Shown: piece after piece, positions 1 to 10,719 of the stretch
Layout: the number at the start of each line of letters is the position of its first letter
How positions within the stretch are numbered: the first letter of the stretch is position 1
Origin: Octopus sinensis
Lineage: Eukaryota
Assembly (NCBI RefSeq): GCF_006345805.1
Contig: NC_043026.1
Location: 2,604,001-2,668,000, forward strand
Direction of reading: 5' to 3'
Length of the DNA: 64,000 nucleotides
Translations under genes and position numbers: made by a program
Notes under the pieces: model-generated
Told to the model about the DNA's origin: nothing
Database searches by the model: none
What the model saw: only the letters and a program-made list of their open reading frames with translations

Positions 1-84
1 ATCCCAAATCACCTGCTGAGATTCTGAGGATTTTGACGGAAGCAGGAGCGAAAGCTGACCAGATTGTAATATCCCATCTGGACA
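1..84 (+). CDS. PTER: Phosphotriesterase-related protein, internal coding exon (5'-truncated by window)
   Basis: Reads (H)PKSPAEILRILTEAGAKADQIVISHLD(R) and ends at donor A|GTAAGT (phase 1). Matches the PTER segment ...[22 protein letters not shown]. Confidence 0.9.
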
Positions 85-124
85 GTAAGTATAGTTTCTT
101 TTAATTTCCCTTACTGGATTCAGT

Positions 125-235
125 ATGAAGGCATGTGGCCTAATGGCTAGGGTGTTGCACTTGAAATTTGATGATCGTGGATTCAATTCTTGAACTGGGT
201 GGTGTGTGTTCTTGAGCAAAACACTTCATTTCATA
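125..235 (+). mobile_element. tRNA-derived SINE family C, degenerate head
   Basis: ggcctaatggctagggtgttg...ggattcaattct...gtgttcttgagcaaaacacttcatttca, shared with copies at 1373-1620 and 13758-13890. Confidence 0.6.
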
Positions 236-505
236 CACAGTTTTGTTGTTAAAACAGCAGAAAAATTGGATATTATTTCTCTTACAAGGCAGAAAAAGTT
301 ATCAACAAACAACCATAGGATTCCGCCTTTTCGGGTGTTTTAATGGTGATACTCCATTCACGAATATCACTTTCTTGTCTGTATTGTACAATACACATTC
401 AACGCTTCTAAAAAAAAACAAATGTTAGTTTATATACACATGTGGTTGTTACATTTCTATAAGCTATCTATTTAGCGTTTAAAATCGGTGGAAATGTTGT
501 CAGCA

Positions 506-569
506 GGTAGTTTAGCTTAATGGTAAAGCCAGTGTCTTAGGGGATGTGGGTTCAACTCCCATGGCTGTT
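506..569 (+). pseudogene. tRNA-like sequence (pseudo-tRNA or SINE head)
   Basis: A-box-like TAGCTTAATGGTAAAGC, T-arm GTGGG-TTCAACT-CCCAT, wobble-rich acceptor stem; anticodon arm does not pair. Confidence 0.45.
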
Positions 570-1244
570 TGTTGACAACTTTTTCCACCATGTAAGGGTA
601 ATATTTCCCATTATTTCTGCTGTTTCAATGGCAATACTGCGTTTGAAAATATCAGTTTCTTGTCTGTTTCATAAGATACAGATTCAACTTGTTAGTTACC
701 ATGGTTGCAATACTACCTCTCTCTCTCTCTCTCTCTCACTGTATTTCTCTCAACAGCAACTTAACCTTTCTTTCTCCCCTTCTTCCCTCCATGTAAATAT
801 ATGCTGTGACAGGGGCTGTATCCCCTCATTGAAGAGCAATGAGTTATGAGTCCATTGAGAAGAGTCAGTATATAATCTTACATTATAAAAGAGAAGTTGA
901 TCTCTATTTGTCACATCTATGTAGGAGGGAAAAGAAGGGGGAGAAAAGAGAGGACAAAACCCCTGTTGCAATGTATATTTACAAGGTGGGAAGAAGGGGA
1001 GGAGAAAAAGTTGTTGTTGGGAGAGAAAGAGTGTGTGTTTGTTTGTTTGTGTAAAAATGAGATAGATAGCTAGTGTTGTCACCATAGTAACTAACAAGTT
1101 TTGATTAAAAACATGAGAATTTTAACTGCAAGTCTGTCAACACACCGCAACACAGACTTCAAAAACATAACTATATGTGTGTATATATAAATAAAATTAA
1201 TATGAACATCGGTTTGCAATATTTCCCACCCCCACCCCAAAAGG

Positions 1245-1345
1245 ATAAAAACAAAGTCAACCTTGGCAGAATTTGAACTCAGAATGTAAAAAGGAATGAA
1301 GTACTGCTGAGCTTTTCTTCTAGCTGACCAACAATCCTGCCAGAT
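1245..1345 (-). mobile_element. SINE family B fragment
   Basis: Degenerate reverse complement of the ggcgagctggcag...gagttcaaattctgccaaggt..gactttg consensus. Confidence 0.55.
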
Positions 1346-1372
1346 TGCTTCCTTAGTCACAATAACAATGGT

Positions 1373-1620
1373 AGTAATGGCTTAGTGGTTAGGGCAAGAT
1401 TGTCATTTCGATTCCTGGACCGAGAAATGTCTTGTGTTTTGTTGCTCCAGTCTACTCAGCTATAGAAATGACCACCACTAGTGGAGGCACGTTGCTTAGT
1501 GGTTAGGGTGTTGGACTCACAGCTGTAAGATTGTGGTTTCAATCCCTGGGCTGGGTGAGCCATTGTGTTCTTGAGCAAAGCACTTCATGTTGCTCCAGTC
1601 CACTCGGCCGTAGAAATGAG
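1373..1620 (+). mobile_element. Two tandem family C SINE heads
   Basis: Two copies of ggcttagtggttaggg...gattgt...ttc.at.cctgg...ttgtgtt...gttgctccagtc.actc.gc..tagaaatga. Confidence 0.65.
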
Positions 1621-1834
1621 TTTAGCCTGGGGAGGAAGGGTTTCTGTCAGGCTTTCTCACCCTAGATATATGCTGCATGGCTGCAGTGCCCCCAACAACC
1701 CCCAAGGGATTAAGGGGCTTGTCAAAAGGATGATGATTATGGTGAGGATAACTGTGGCTAGTCATCCTGCAGCTGTTCATGATGATGATGATGATGATGT
1801 TGATGACAATATCTCTATCTTAATGTTAAACTAG

Positions 1835-2052
1835 GAACTCTCCTCGACAAAGAATCGATTCTCGAGTTTGCTGAGATGAAGTCTTATTGTGAGTTTGATC
1901 TGTTTGGAATCGAAACCTCTCACTACCAACAGGAAGAGAACATTGATATGCCCAGTGATGCCCAGCGCATAGAGAGGATCGGATGGCTCATTGATGCTGG
2001 CTTCCAGGACAAAATCACTATATCACATGACATACATACTAAACACCGATTG
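1835..2052 (+). CDS. PTER: Phosphotriesterase-related protein, next coding exon
   Basis: Acceptor CTAG|GA completes the Arg codon. Reads RTLLDKESILEFAEMKSYCEFDLFGIETSHYQQEENIDMPSDAQRIERIGWLIDAGFQDKITISHDIHTKHRL, with the PTER/PTE SHDIHTK metal-ligand motif. Donor TTG|GTGAGT. Confidence 0.93.
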
Positions 2053-2592
2053 GTGAGTCATTTCTTCTTGGATTTTATTTACCTCTTCTTTTCTTTTCTA
2101 ATTTTATTTCGTGCTTTTATTGACGTATTTTTGCATTATCTTATTTTCCATTGAAGTTACATGTGAGTGAATGCTACATGAATATACATGAACATCTCAA
2201 AAGTAAATAGACACTTCTCTTTATACCGTTTTCTCCTTGCAGACTTTACGTGTTAGTACAATGCCCGAACAGGTTAAATTAAAAACTTGCCAAAGTATGT
2301 GTACTAAATACTAGATTAAATATTCAAATTCTTCAAATGACATTCGGTTTCTAGAAATAAATCTTTGAAAAAAAAATGGTGACTATTTTGGGATGTCTAT
2401 ATATATCTATATTAATAAAAGTGGAATTCTGTCTGTCTGTCTGGGATGCCTGTATCTCGATCTACATTTGCTCTATTTAGACACTTTATAACTTTTTGGA
2501 ATAGTTTTGTAAGACATCCATTCGATATACATCTATATATATATATATATGAATAAAAAATTGAGTTAACGCAGGTTTAAACAAGTATTTTT

Positions 2593-2679
2593 ACTTTCTA
2601 CATATGTTTCAAAAATTCCACTGATACTTATTCAAAAGAGCAAAAGATATAAACAATGCAATCTTCTCTTCGGGAAAGT
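2593..2679 (-). ncRNA. Hammerhead-ribozyme-like fold (CCGAAGA core)
   Basis: Minus strand: ACTTTC|CCGAAGA|GAAGATT...AATTTTT|GAAAC ATAT GTA|GAAAGT, giving a 6-bp stem I and a 7-bp wobble stem II. Confidence 0.6.
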
Positions 2680-3101
2680 GAAAAAAACGAAACTCATCAA
2701 TAAGACATTTTAGCAAAAAATGATGGATTCGTATAGCGATAGACAGAACGCTATTAATATTGTTTAAAAAAACGTTATATGATATAACGTCATAAGTAGC
2801 TAACAGAAAGAGTAGGGATATTAATAGTGAATGTTAAATATAAAGGAAATTAAAGTCTAAACTATATATAATGATAGAGACTACTTATATGCACTAAAAG
2901 TATGTTTCTGCCAATGCTTACATCTGTATGCTCGTTCTATAACCGTGTTTACTAGAGTATTTTTAGAAAAAATAATGAAAAATAGCTCAGAATTGCAGAG
3001 AAGACAGAATTTCTTGCCTTTGTCATATGTGAGATTTTTGCTGCCCTGGTAACTATTCATTTATTTATCCGTGTTAATTGTTAACAAGGTAAAATACACT
3101 C

Positions 3102-3132
<31 letters not shown>

Positions 3133-3134
<2 letters not shown>

Positions 3135-3764
3135 AATTGATCAAAATAAAAACATGATGCCAAGGATTCAGCGGTACATATGTTTCGGGCCTTTATTAGA
3201 CAGATTTATAACAATGCATAATGTATGTCTGTGGCCTTCTTCAGCCGCGCACAACAACTTCTTCCACAAGGACATGTGTTACATCAAGAATTCTTGGTTG
3301 GGGATGCAAATCCTCTCATTCGCGTACGACATAATGCGGCAACAGCATAGAAGTGAAGCGTCCATCTCGTTCTTCTCTCAATGTAGAATGAGGAAATTTG
3401 GATGTTGAAGTAATGTAAATAAATTAATTTATGTAAATAAATTAATAAATTAATGTAAATAAATTTATTTATTAATTTATTTACATTACTTCAACATCCA
3501 AATTTCCTCATTCTACATTGAGAGAAGAACGAGATGGACGCTTCACTTCTATGCTGTTGCCGCATTATGTCGTACGCGAATGAGAGGATTTGCATCCCCA
3601 ACCAAGAATTCTTGATGTAACACATGTCCTTGTGGAAGAAGTTGTTGTGCGCGGCTGAAGAAGGCCACAGACATACTTATGCATTGTTATAAATCTGTCT
3701 AATAAGGCCCGAAACATATGTACCGCTGAATCCTTGGCATCATGTTTTTATTTTGATCAATTTA
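3133..3764. mobile_element. Fold-back palindromic element (~290-bp arms), PLE-pLTR-like, hammerhead in each arm
   Basis: 3133-~3422 is the near-perfect reverse complement of ~3476-3764. A unique tail (3765-3845) follows on one side; (TA)n lies on both sides. Confidence 0.85.
3651..3726 (+). ncRNA. Type I hammerhead ribozyme
   Basis: GCGG|CTGAAGA|A GGCC...GGCC C|GAAAC ATAT GTA|CCGC; mirror copy on the minus strand of the left arm. Confidence 0.7.
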
Positions 3765-3842
3765 CTCCACCACCTACACCACCTAACGGTATATACAGGT
3801 GCTTACATTTATCAAGTACTCACCCCGAATTTCTGTACTCAA

Positions 3843-3918
<76 letters not shown>

Positions 3919-3921
<3 letters not shown>

Positions 3922-4191
3922 TTCAGCAACAATTTAGATTCAAATGAATATGGTAATTACTTTAGATGCACCAGAATTTTGTATGGTATTATCCATAAAA
4001 ATTTGTGGGGTGATTATAATCAAAAATGAGCAACAAGAATGAATCCGGTAGTTTGGTACAATTGTTTCACACTACAACATTTTATTAAAAGTTGTAAGTA
4101 TTACAGCAGATTTATTACAACTTTTAATAAAATGTTGTAGTGTGAAACAATTGTACCAAACTACCGGAGCCATTCTTGTTGCTCATTTTTG
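3919..4191. mobile_element. Short fold-back copy of the 16682-17438 family
   Basis: Arms 4021-4097 / 4115-4191. 3919-4020 matches the reverse complement of the tail at 17327-17438. Retains GAAACAATTGTAC but not the CUGA core. Confidence 0.75.
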
Positions 4192-4481
4192 TGTATATAT
4201 ATATATAAGTAGGTGAATGAATTATCCTAGTATTGATAATTCGGTTAACCGATACCTGGGTAGCAAATTCATGTCAGAAAACACGGTTGAAGCTACATGC
4301 CAAGGGTAGAAACTCCGTGTTCTTGTGTGGTAATTTGTGTAATATTTAAAATGAATAATGAGAAGACGGCATAATGCACTTTATTCCTTCAGAATTAAGA
4401 ATATGCAGTCTTCGAAACATGTGTTGAAATTAAAGGAATTGTGTTAAAATCGTCGTTCGACTCCATTCTTTTATTCATTTT

Positions 4482-4576
<95 letters not shown>

Positions 4577-4735
4577 ATAGGCTTCTTTCAGTTTCTGACT
4601 ATCAGATCCACTGACAAGGTTTGGGTTGGCCTGACTCTATGGTAGAAGATGCTTGCCCAAGGTATCATGCAGCGGGGCTGAACCCCGGAACAACGTAGTT
4701 GGGAAGTAAGCTTTGTACCACACAGACAGACTTGC
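4577..4735 (-). mobile_element. SINE family A, degenerate 5' part
   Basis: Reverse complement of the gtgtggta...ccttgggcaag...ggaaactgaaagaagcc consensus. Confidence 0.65.
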
Positions 4736-4769
4736 AACAATAAAAAATATATAGAAGTAATATAGGGGT

Positions 4770-4975
4770 GGCGAGCTGGCAGAACCTTTAGCACTCCAGG
4801 CGAAATGCATTTGCCGTTACGTTCTGAGTTCAAATTCTGCCAAAGTCGACCTTCATCCTTTCGGGATAGATTAATTAAGTACCAGTTACACACTGGGGTC
4901 GATGTAATTGACTTAATTCATTTGTCTGTCCTTGTTTGTACCCTCCGTGTTTAGCTCCTTGTGGGTAATAAGAAA
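4770..4975 (+). mobile_element. SINE family B
   Basis: ggcgagctggcagaa...gagttcaaattc...cactggggtcgatgtaat...gtggg..taa.aagaaata; near-identical layout at 16331-16565. Confidence 0.8.
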
Positions 4976-5125
4976 TATATATATATAAATAATATATATA
5001 TTATATATATATATATAATATATATATATAAATAATATATATATATCTATATATATATATATATAGAAGTAATAATTTTAAATTTGGGTGTACACCTTAT
5101 ATCGAGCCATTTAATGCTTGTTCAG

Positions 5126-5308
5126 AGCATTCAGCTACCTGATGTCATTAACAGTATGGAGATATGGGCCAGGGAATTTTCTTCAGAACTTCCTTTGGGT
5201 GCATAGAGTTTATAAAAGAGGAGAGAAAGAAATGCACTACAATTACCAAAATGTGTTGCCATGGGAACAAGTGAAAGACAAACTTCAGAATGGAGAACCT
5301 TTTGACAG
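5126..5308 (+). CDS. Candidate orphan internal exon (183 nt, phase 2-2), product unknown
   Basis: TTGTTCAG| acceptor, |GTAACT donor, open frame AFSYLMSLTVWRYGPGNFLQNFLWVHRVYKRGEKEMHYNYQNVLPWEQVKDKLQNGEPFD of non-repetitive composition. No family recognised. Confidence 0.35.
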
Positions 5309-5528
5309 GTAACTTGATAAGATCACATCTGCACCTTCGATGCACAATAACTGTTTATATAACATCTAGCCCACCAAGGGGCTGGTAGCAATTGTAGCGA
5401 ATAATAACTTCTTTCTCTCATGTTTCATATACATATCATCATCATCATCATCATCGTTTAATGTCTGCCTTCCTGCTGGCATAGATATTTATATATATAT
5501 ATACATACAAGTATATATATATAATGTA

Positions 5529-6040
5529 AGGTATACTTGCCATCTCAATATGGCTAACCACTAAGGGTGGGTGTTACTGTAGCTTTTAGCCCCAGGAGAT
5601 CATCGTCTCTGGCTGGCTTTTGGCACACTTTCTGTGCCCTTATGGTATTTGCAAAGGGAGGTCATCCTTCCCTCGTCAACCTAAGTGATACGCATGGACT
5701 GCAGTTTCTGGGTATTTGCCTCTTGTCAACGTACGGCAATCACCGGTTTTTGAAATCAGTGACGAAAAGTTACTGGAAAAACGATATATAAGGATTTGCA
5801 AATGGACTCCCTTCATCGAAAACCGGTGATTGCCGTATGCCGAAGACAGGCAAATACCTAGAAACTGCAGTCCTTGTGTATCACTTAGGTTTACGAGAGA
5901 GGGATGAGTTCCCTTTGCAAATACCATAAGGGCACAGAAAGTGTGCCTAAAGCCAGCTGGAGACGATGTTCTCCTGGGGCTAAAAGCTACAGTAACACCG
6001 ACCCTTAGTGGTTAGCCATATTGAGATGGCTAGTATACCT
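5529..6040. mobile_element. Fold-back element (~225-bp diverged arms) with degenerate hammerheads
   Basis: 5529-5753 vs 5816-6040 are imperfect inverted repeats. The arms contain GAAACTGCAGTC (5861-5872) and its mirror. Confidence 0.8.
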
Positions 6041-6090
6041 CACACTGTCGTGCAGTTACTGTTTACATCTCGTTCAGAGATTTTTTATTG

Positions 6091-6135
<45 letters not shown>

Positions 6136-6220
6136 CACCGTGACTGACCAGGCTATCAGATGTTGCTACACATCGCTGGTATATATATATAATATATATA
6201 TATTATATATATATACATAC

Positions 6221-6258
<38 letters not shown>

Positions 6259-6261
<3 letters not shown>

Positions 6262-6426
6262 CGTAGGAGTGGCTGTGTGATAAGTAGCTTGCTTACCAAC
6301 CACATGGTTCCGGGTTCAGTCCCACTGCGTGGCAACTTGGGCAAGTGTCTTCTACAATAGCCTCAGGCCTACCAAAGCATTGTGAGTGGATTTGGTAGAT
6401 GGAAACTGAAAGAAGCCCATCGTATA

Positions 6427-6457
<31 letters not shown>

Positions 6458-6694
6458 TTAATGTGTGTGTATATGTTTGTGTGTCTGTGTTTGTCCCCAC
6501 TACATCGCTTGACAACTGATACTGGTGTGTTGGTGTGTTTACGTCCCTGTAACTTAGCAGTTTGGCAAAAGAGACTGATAAAATAAGTACTAGGTGTACA
6601 AAGAATAAGTCCTGGAGTCGATTTGCTTGACTAAAGGCGGTGCTCCAGCATGGCCACAGTTAAGTGGATGAAACAAGTAAAAGAATAAAAAGAG
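6259..6694 (+). mobile_element. SINE family A (octopus tRNA-derived SINE), full length
   Basis: aggcg.aggagtggctgtgtg head with B-box ggttc.gggttcagtccc, internal (TA)n/(TG)n, tail gaaacaagtaaaaga. Confidence 0.85.
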
Positions 6695-7245
6695 TATATA
6701 TATATATACACACACACACATACAAGTATAGTTGTTATTAAAGTGATGTAGGGTGCTAGTAAGCACCAGCATTGCTAGAAATAAGAGTGAAAACATCTCT
6801 TAGCCACGTGAGAGCACTTTACTAATGGCCGACAAGGGAGATGGAGTCATATCAGCACTGATTTCAGATTTAATCATTCTTCATCAGTAACCCATTACTT
6901 CTTTGCTGAGGTTAAACAACCTACATCACCTTGTCAGCCTATATAGAATACCATGTATGTATATGTACATGTGTAATCATATATATATATATATGTATAT
7001 ATATATATGTATATAATAATAATAATATTAATATGAGGGAATATTATTCCAAACTTACAGGGAAAAATTCAATTTAGAAATACTAAATCAAATTCCACAA
7101 AATATAATATATATATATATATAAATTTTAATATAATTTTAATATAATTTTAATATAATATATATATAATATAACACCGTGACTGACCAGGCTATCAGAT
7201 GTTGCTACACATCGCTGGTATATATATATATATATATATATATAT

Positions 7246-7671
7246 AGGCGTAGGAGCGGCTGTGTGATAAGTAGTTTGCTTACCAACCACATGGTTCCAG
7301 GTTCAGTCCCACTGCGTGGCAACTTGGGCAAGTGTCTTCTACAATAGCCTCAGGCCTACCAAAGCATTGTGAGTGGATTTGGTAGATGGAAACTGAAAGA
7401 AGCCCATCGTATATATATGTATATATATATATATTTAATGTGTGTGTATATGTTTGTATGTCTGTGTTTGTCCCCCTCACATCGCTTGACAACTGATGCT
7501 GGTGTGTTGGTGTGTTTACGTCCCTGTAACTTAGTAGTTTGGCAAAAGAGACTGATAGAATAAGTACTAGGCTTACAAAGAATAAGTCCTGGAGTCGATT
7601 TGCTTGACTAAAGGCGGTGCTCCAGCATAGCCACAGTTAAGTGGATGAAACAAGTAAAAGAATAAAAAGAG
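7246..7671 (+). mobile_element. SINE family A, duplicated copy
   Basis: Near-identical to 6259-6694. Confidence 0.85.
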
Positions 7672-7955
7672 TATATATATATATACACACACACATACAA
7701 GTATAGTTGTTATTAAAGTGATGTAGGGTGCTAGTAAGCACCAGCATTGCTAGAAATAAGAGTGAAAACATCTCTTAGCCACGTGAGAGCACTTTACTAA
7801 TGGCCGACAAGGGAGATGGAGTCATATCAGCACTGATTTCAGATTTAATCATTGTTTATCAGTAACCCATTACTTCTTTGCTGAGGGTTAAACAACCTAC
7901 ATCACCTTGTCAGCCTTATATAGAATACCATGTATGTATATGTACATGTGTAATC

Positions 7956-7990
<35 letters not shown>

Positions 7991-8088
7991 ACAATTAAAA
8001 ATGAGGGTGTCTAAAAGACACCAACATGCCGAAATAGCAGTCGAAATTCTGACTATAAAACCACGTTAAATGTTCATATCGCAGTATG

Positions 8089-8131
<43 letters not shown>

Positions 8132-8446
8132 GTATATAATAATAATAATATTAATATGAGGGAATATTATTCCAAACTTACAGGGAAAAATTCAATTTAG
8201 AAATACTAAATCAAATTCCACAAAATATAATATATATATAAATTTAAAAAAAACACCTTTTATCAATTCAATAATGAAAAATTAAATTATATATTATAGA
8301 AAAATTGAATATTATAGAAAGATTAAATATAAGATAAAACACTTACACACACTTACACACACACACACAGACACACACACATATATATATGTATAGATTG
8401 TTAGCCACTACACACATTTTTTTCTCTCCTTGTTTTTTCTGTGTCC

Positions 8447-8482
8447 CTTTCTGTAGAAGAGCATAGGCTCGAAACGTAAAAG
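8447..8482 (+). ncRNA. Minimal hammerhead-like fold (CUGUAGA core variant)
   Basis: CTTT|CTGTAGA|A GAGC ATAG GCTC|GAAAC GTA|AAAG. Confidence 0.55.
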
Positions 8483-8571
8483 ACTTTTTCTATTCCTGAG
8501 CATTATACTAATACATCTGTTTGTTTTGTACACCACCTGTCTTCATCTTTTGTTTTTTACGTAAACTTCCT

Positions 8572-8607
<36 letters not shown>

Positions 8608-9355
8608 CAAATAAGAAAATGGAGCAACAAATTTAGTTTGTTCATCAACTTTTGGATATTAGAATGTTGGATTATTTATTCATTTAGCAAAATGAGAACC
8701 TTAATAGCAAATATATATACCTTATAATTCAATACATATAACATAAGAATACAAATGATAAAAAGCATTTTCTTATTTGTATTATAAATTTACAGTGAAA
8801 ATATTTCTTTACCTTCACCTGTTTAATACAATAAATGAGTTAATTGCATTGCAATTAAAAAAACATTTATGTATTAAGAATCTGGGTACTTTACAAACAG
8901 TATATTGGATAAATCCTATCCCTTAGTGGGTTGCACCCATAACCCCTATCTTACTTTGTGTTATATATATTTATATTGCGCACACATGTGCACAAACACA
9001 CACCCACACACACACTTAGAAAACCATTGCACAAACGTAAAACTAGCAAAACAGTAGCAGAAATATTTTGCATGGCTGATGTTTAAGTGAGAGTATCCTG
9101 TGTATGTGAGCAGTGTATAGAAGCATGCAGCATAAATAGCAACATGTATACAACACACTGCTAGCTCTCACTCAATATACACCCATTGAGTATGTGTGCT
9201 TATGTATGAAAGTGAGTGGGTGCTGGTGTCCTATATATATTAATCAGGCATACCACACATACTGCAGCCGGCTGTGAGAAATGTGCAAAATAACTTGATT
9301 GTGTGTTTTAAAATACAAGGAATATTTTTCGTGCAAAATAACTGTGTGTGTGTGT

Positions 9356-9395
<40 letters not shown>

Positions 9396-9425
9396 TGTGT
9401 GCGTGGTTACAGTATACATAGCAGT

Positions 9426-9593
9426 AGGCGCAGGAGTGGCTGTGTGGTAAGTAGCCTGTCTACAAACCACACGGTTCCGGGTTCAGTCCCACTGCGTGGC
9501 ACCTTGGGCAAGTGTCTTCTGCTATAGCCTTGGGCCAACCAAAGCCTTGTGAGTGGATTTGGTAGACGGGAACTGAAAGAAGCCCGTCGTATG

Positions 9594-9631
<38 letters not shown>

Positions 9632-9850
9632 TGTGTGTGTTTGTGTGTCTGTGTTTGTCCCCATAGCATTGCTTGACAACCGATGCTGGTGTGTTTATGT
9701 CCCCCGTCACTTAGCGGTTCGGCAAAAGAGACCGAAAGAATAAGTACTGGGCTTACAAAAGAATAAGTCCCGGGGTCGAGTTGCTCGATTAAAGGCGCTG
9801 CTCCAGCATGGCCGCAGTCAAATGACTGAAACAAGTAAAAGAGTAAAAGA
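9426..9850 (+). mobile_element. SINE family A, full length
   Basis: Consensus head, body and gagtaaaa tail. Confidence 0.85.
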
Positions 9851-10086
9851 GAAAGAGAGAGTATAGCAGTGGTAGAAACCAGAGGAACCAGTTGCACCAA
9901 AGGTGTACTAAAACGGACAGCAGGTGGACATCCGGGAGTCATGACTCGGATGTGGCCTGACCCCACTAGAGTGTCAGAAGTTAAGGGCTGAAACACTTGC
10001 CTAAAGGGGTTTCTCCTCTGAGAACCACCTGCTGTTACACTCTTCCCAAATTTCTTTCCACTTGTGTTTATATCTGTATGTATGTT

Positions 10087-10141
<55 letters not shown>

Positions 10142-10464
10142 ATGTATATACATAGATATGTGTGTGTATATATATATATATTATATATATATATATATTA
10201 TATATATATATATATATTATATATATATATACATGCATATATATGTGTATGTGTTTGTATATGTGTGTTTGTGTGTGTGTATGCATGTATAGATGTAATA
10301 ATGTATGTGTGTATATGTGCATATGTATATTACATATATATATATACATATATATATATATATTGGTAAAACGGTAAGATAACAAAAGAAAGAAAGAGAC
10401 CTCAATATTATGTAAATAGAGGAAATTTATCTATACAATAATATGTTACATTACTCGGTAGTCA

Positions 10465-10527
10465 AGATAAAACTCTGAGTTTCAGATGCCGAAGTGGAAA
10501 TCCACAACACCATCTCTTCGGTTATCT
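10465..10527 (-). ncRNA. Hammerhead-like fold in PLE 3' repeat (sense to ORF)
   Basis: AGATAA|CCGAAGA|GATG..GTGGATTTCCAC..CATC T|GAAAC TCAGA GTT|TTATCT; identical mirror at 12617-12679 (+). One extra U sits at the base of stem II. Confidence 0.55.
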
Positions 10528-10719
10528 GGCTATTTGAAAACGCTATGAAAAAATACCGTTAAATAAAGGGAAATTACTCTGTTATAACTCTGCTTGCCTG
10601 CGTACTTATACATTGCTCGCATTTTTCGTCATAAAAATTATATAAAAATACATAAAAAATATATAAAAATATATAAAAATATATAAATTCTTCTTGGGAC
10701 ATAACATAAAAAGCATGTT

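Larger units (their letters stand above)
6130..8245 (+). repeat. Tandem duplication (~1.0 kb unit: 6130-7128 and 7170-8245)
   Basis: Same unique segments and same SINE with shared private variants (e.g. gcgtaggag, gcaacttggg) occur in both copies. Confidence 0.9.

Noticed and set aside
2395-2530. Helitron-like 5' end (tctatattaataaaa..gtctgtctgtctg)
   Set aside because: No 3' hairpin/CTAG end identified; too little evidence.
4340-4485. Hammerhead candidate GAAGAC..GTCTTC GAAAC AT GTG
   Set aside because: Stem II and GAAAC are present, but the core reads ATAATGA, the triplet is GUG (H cannot be G) and stem I is absent; at best a heavily decayed remnant.
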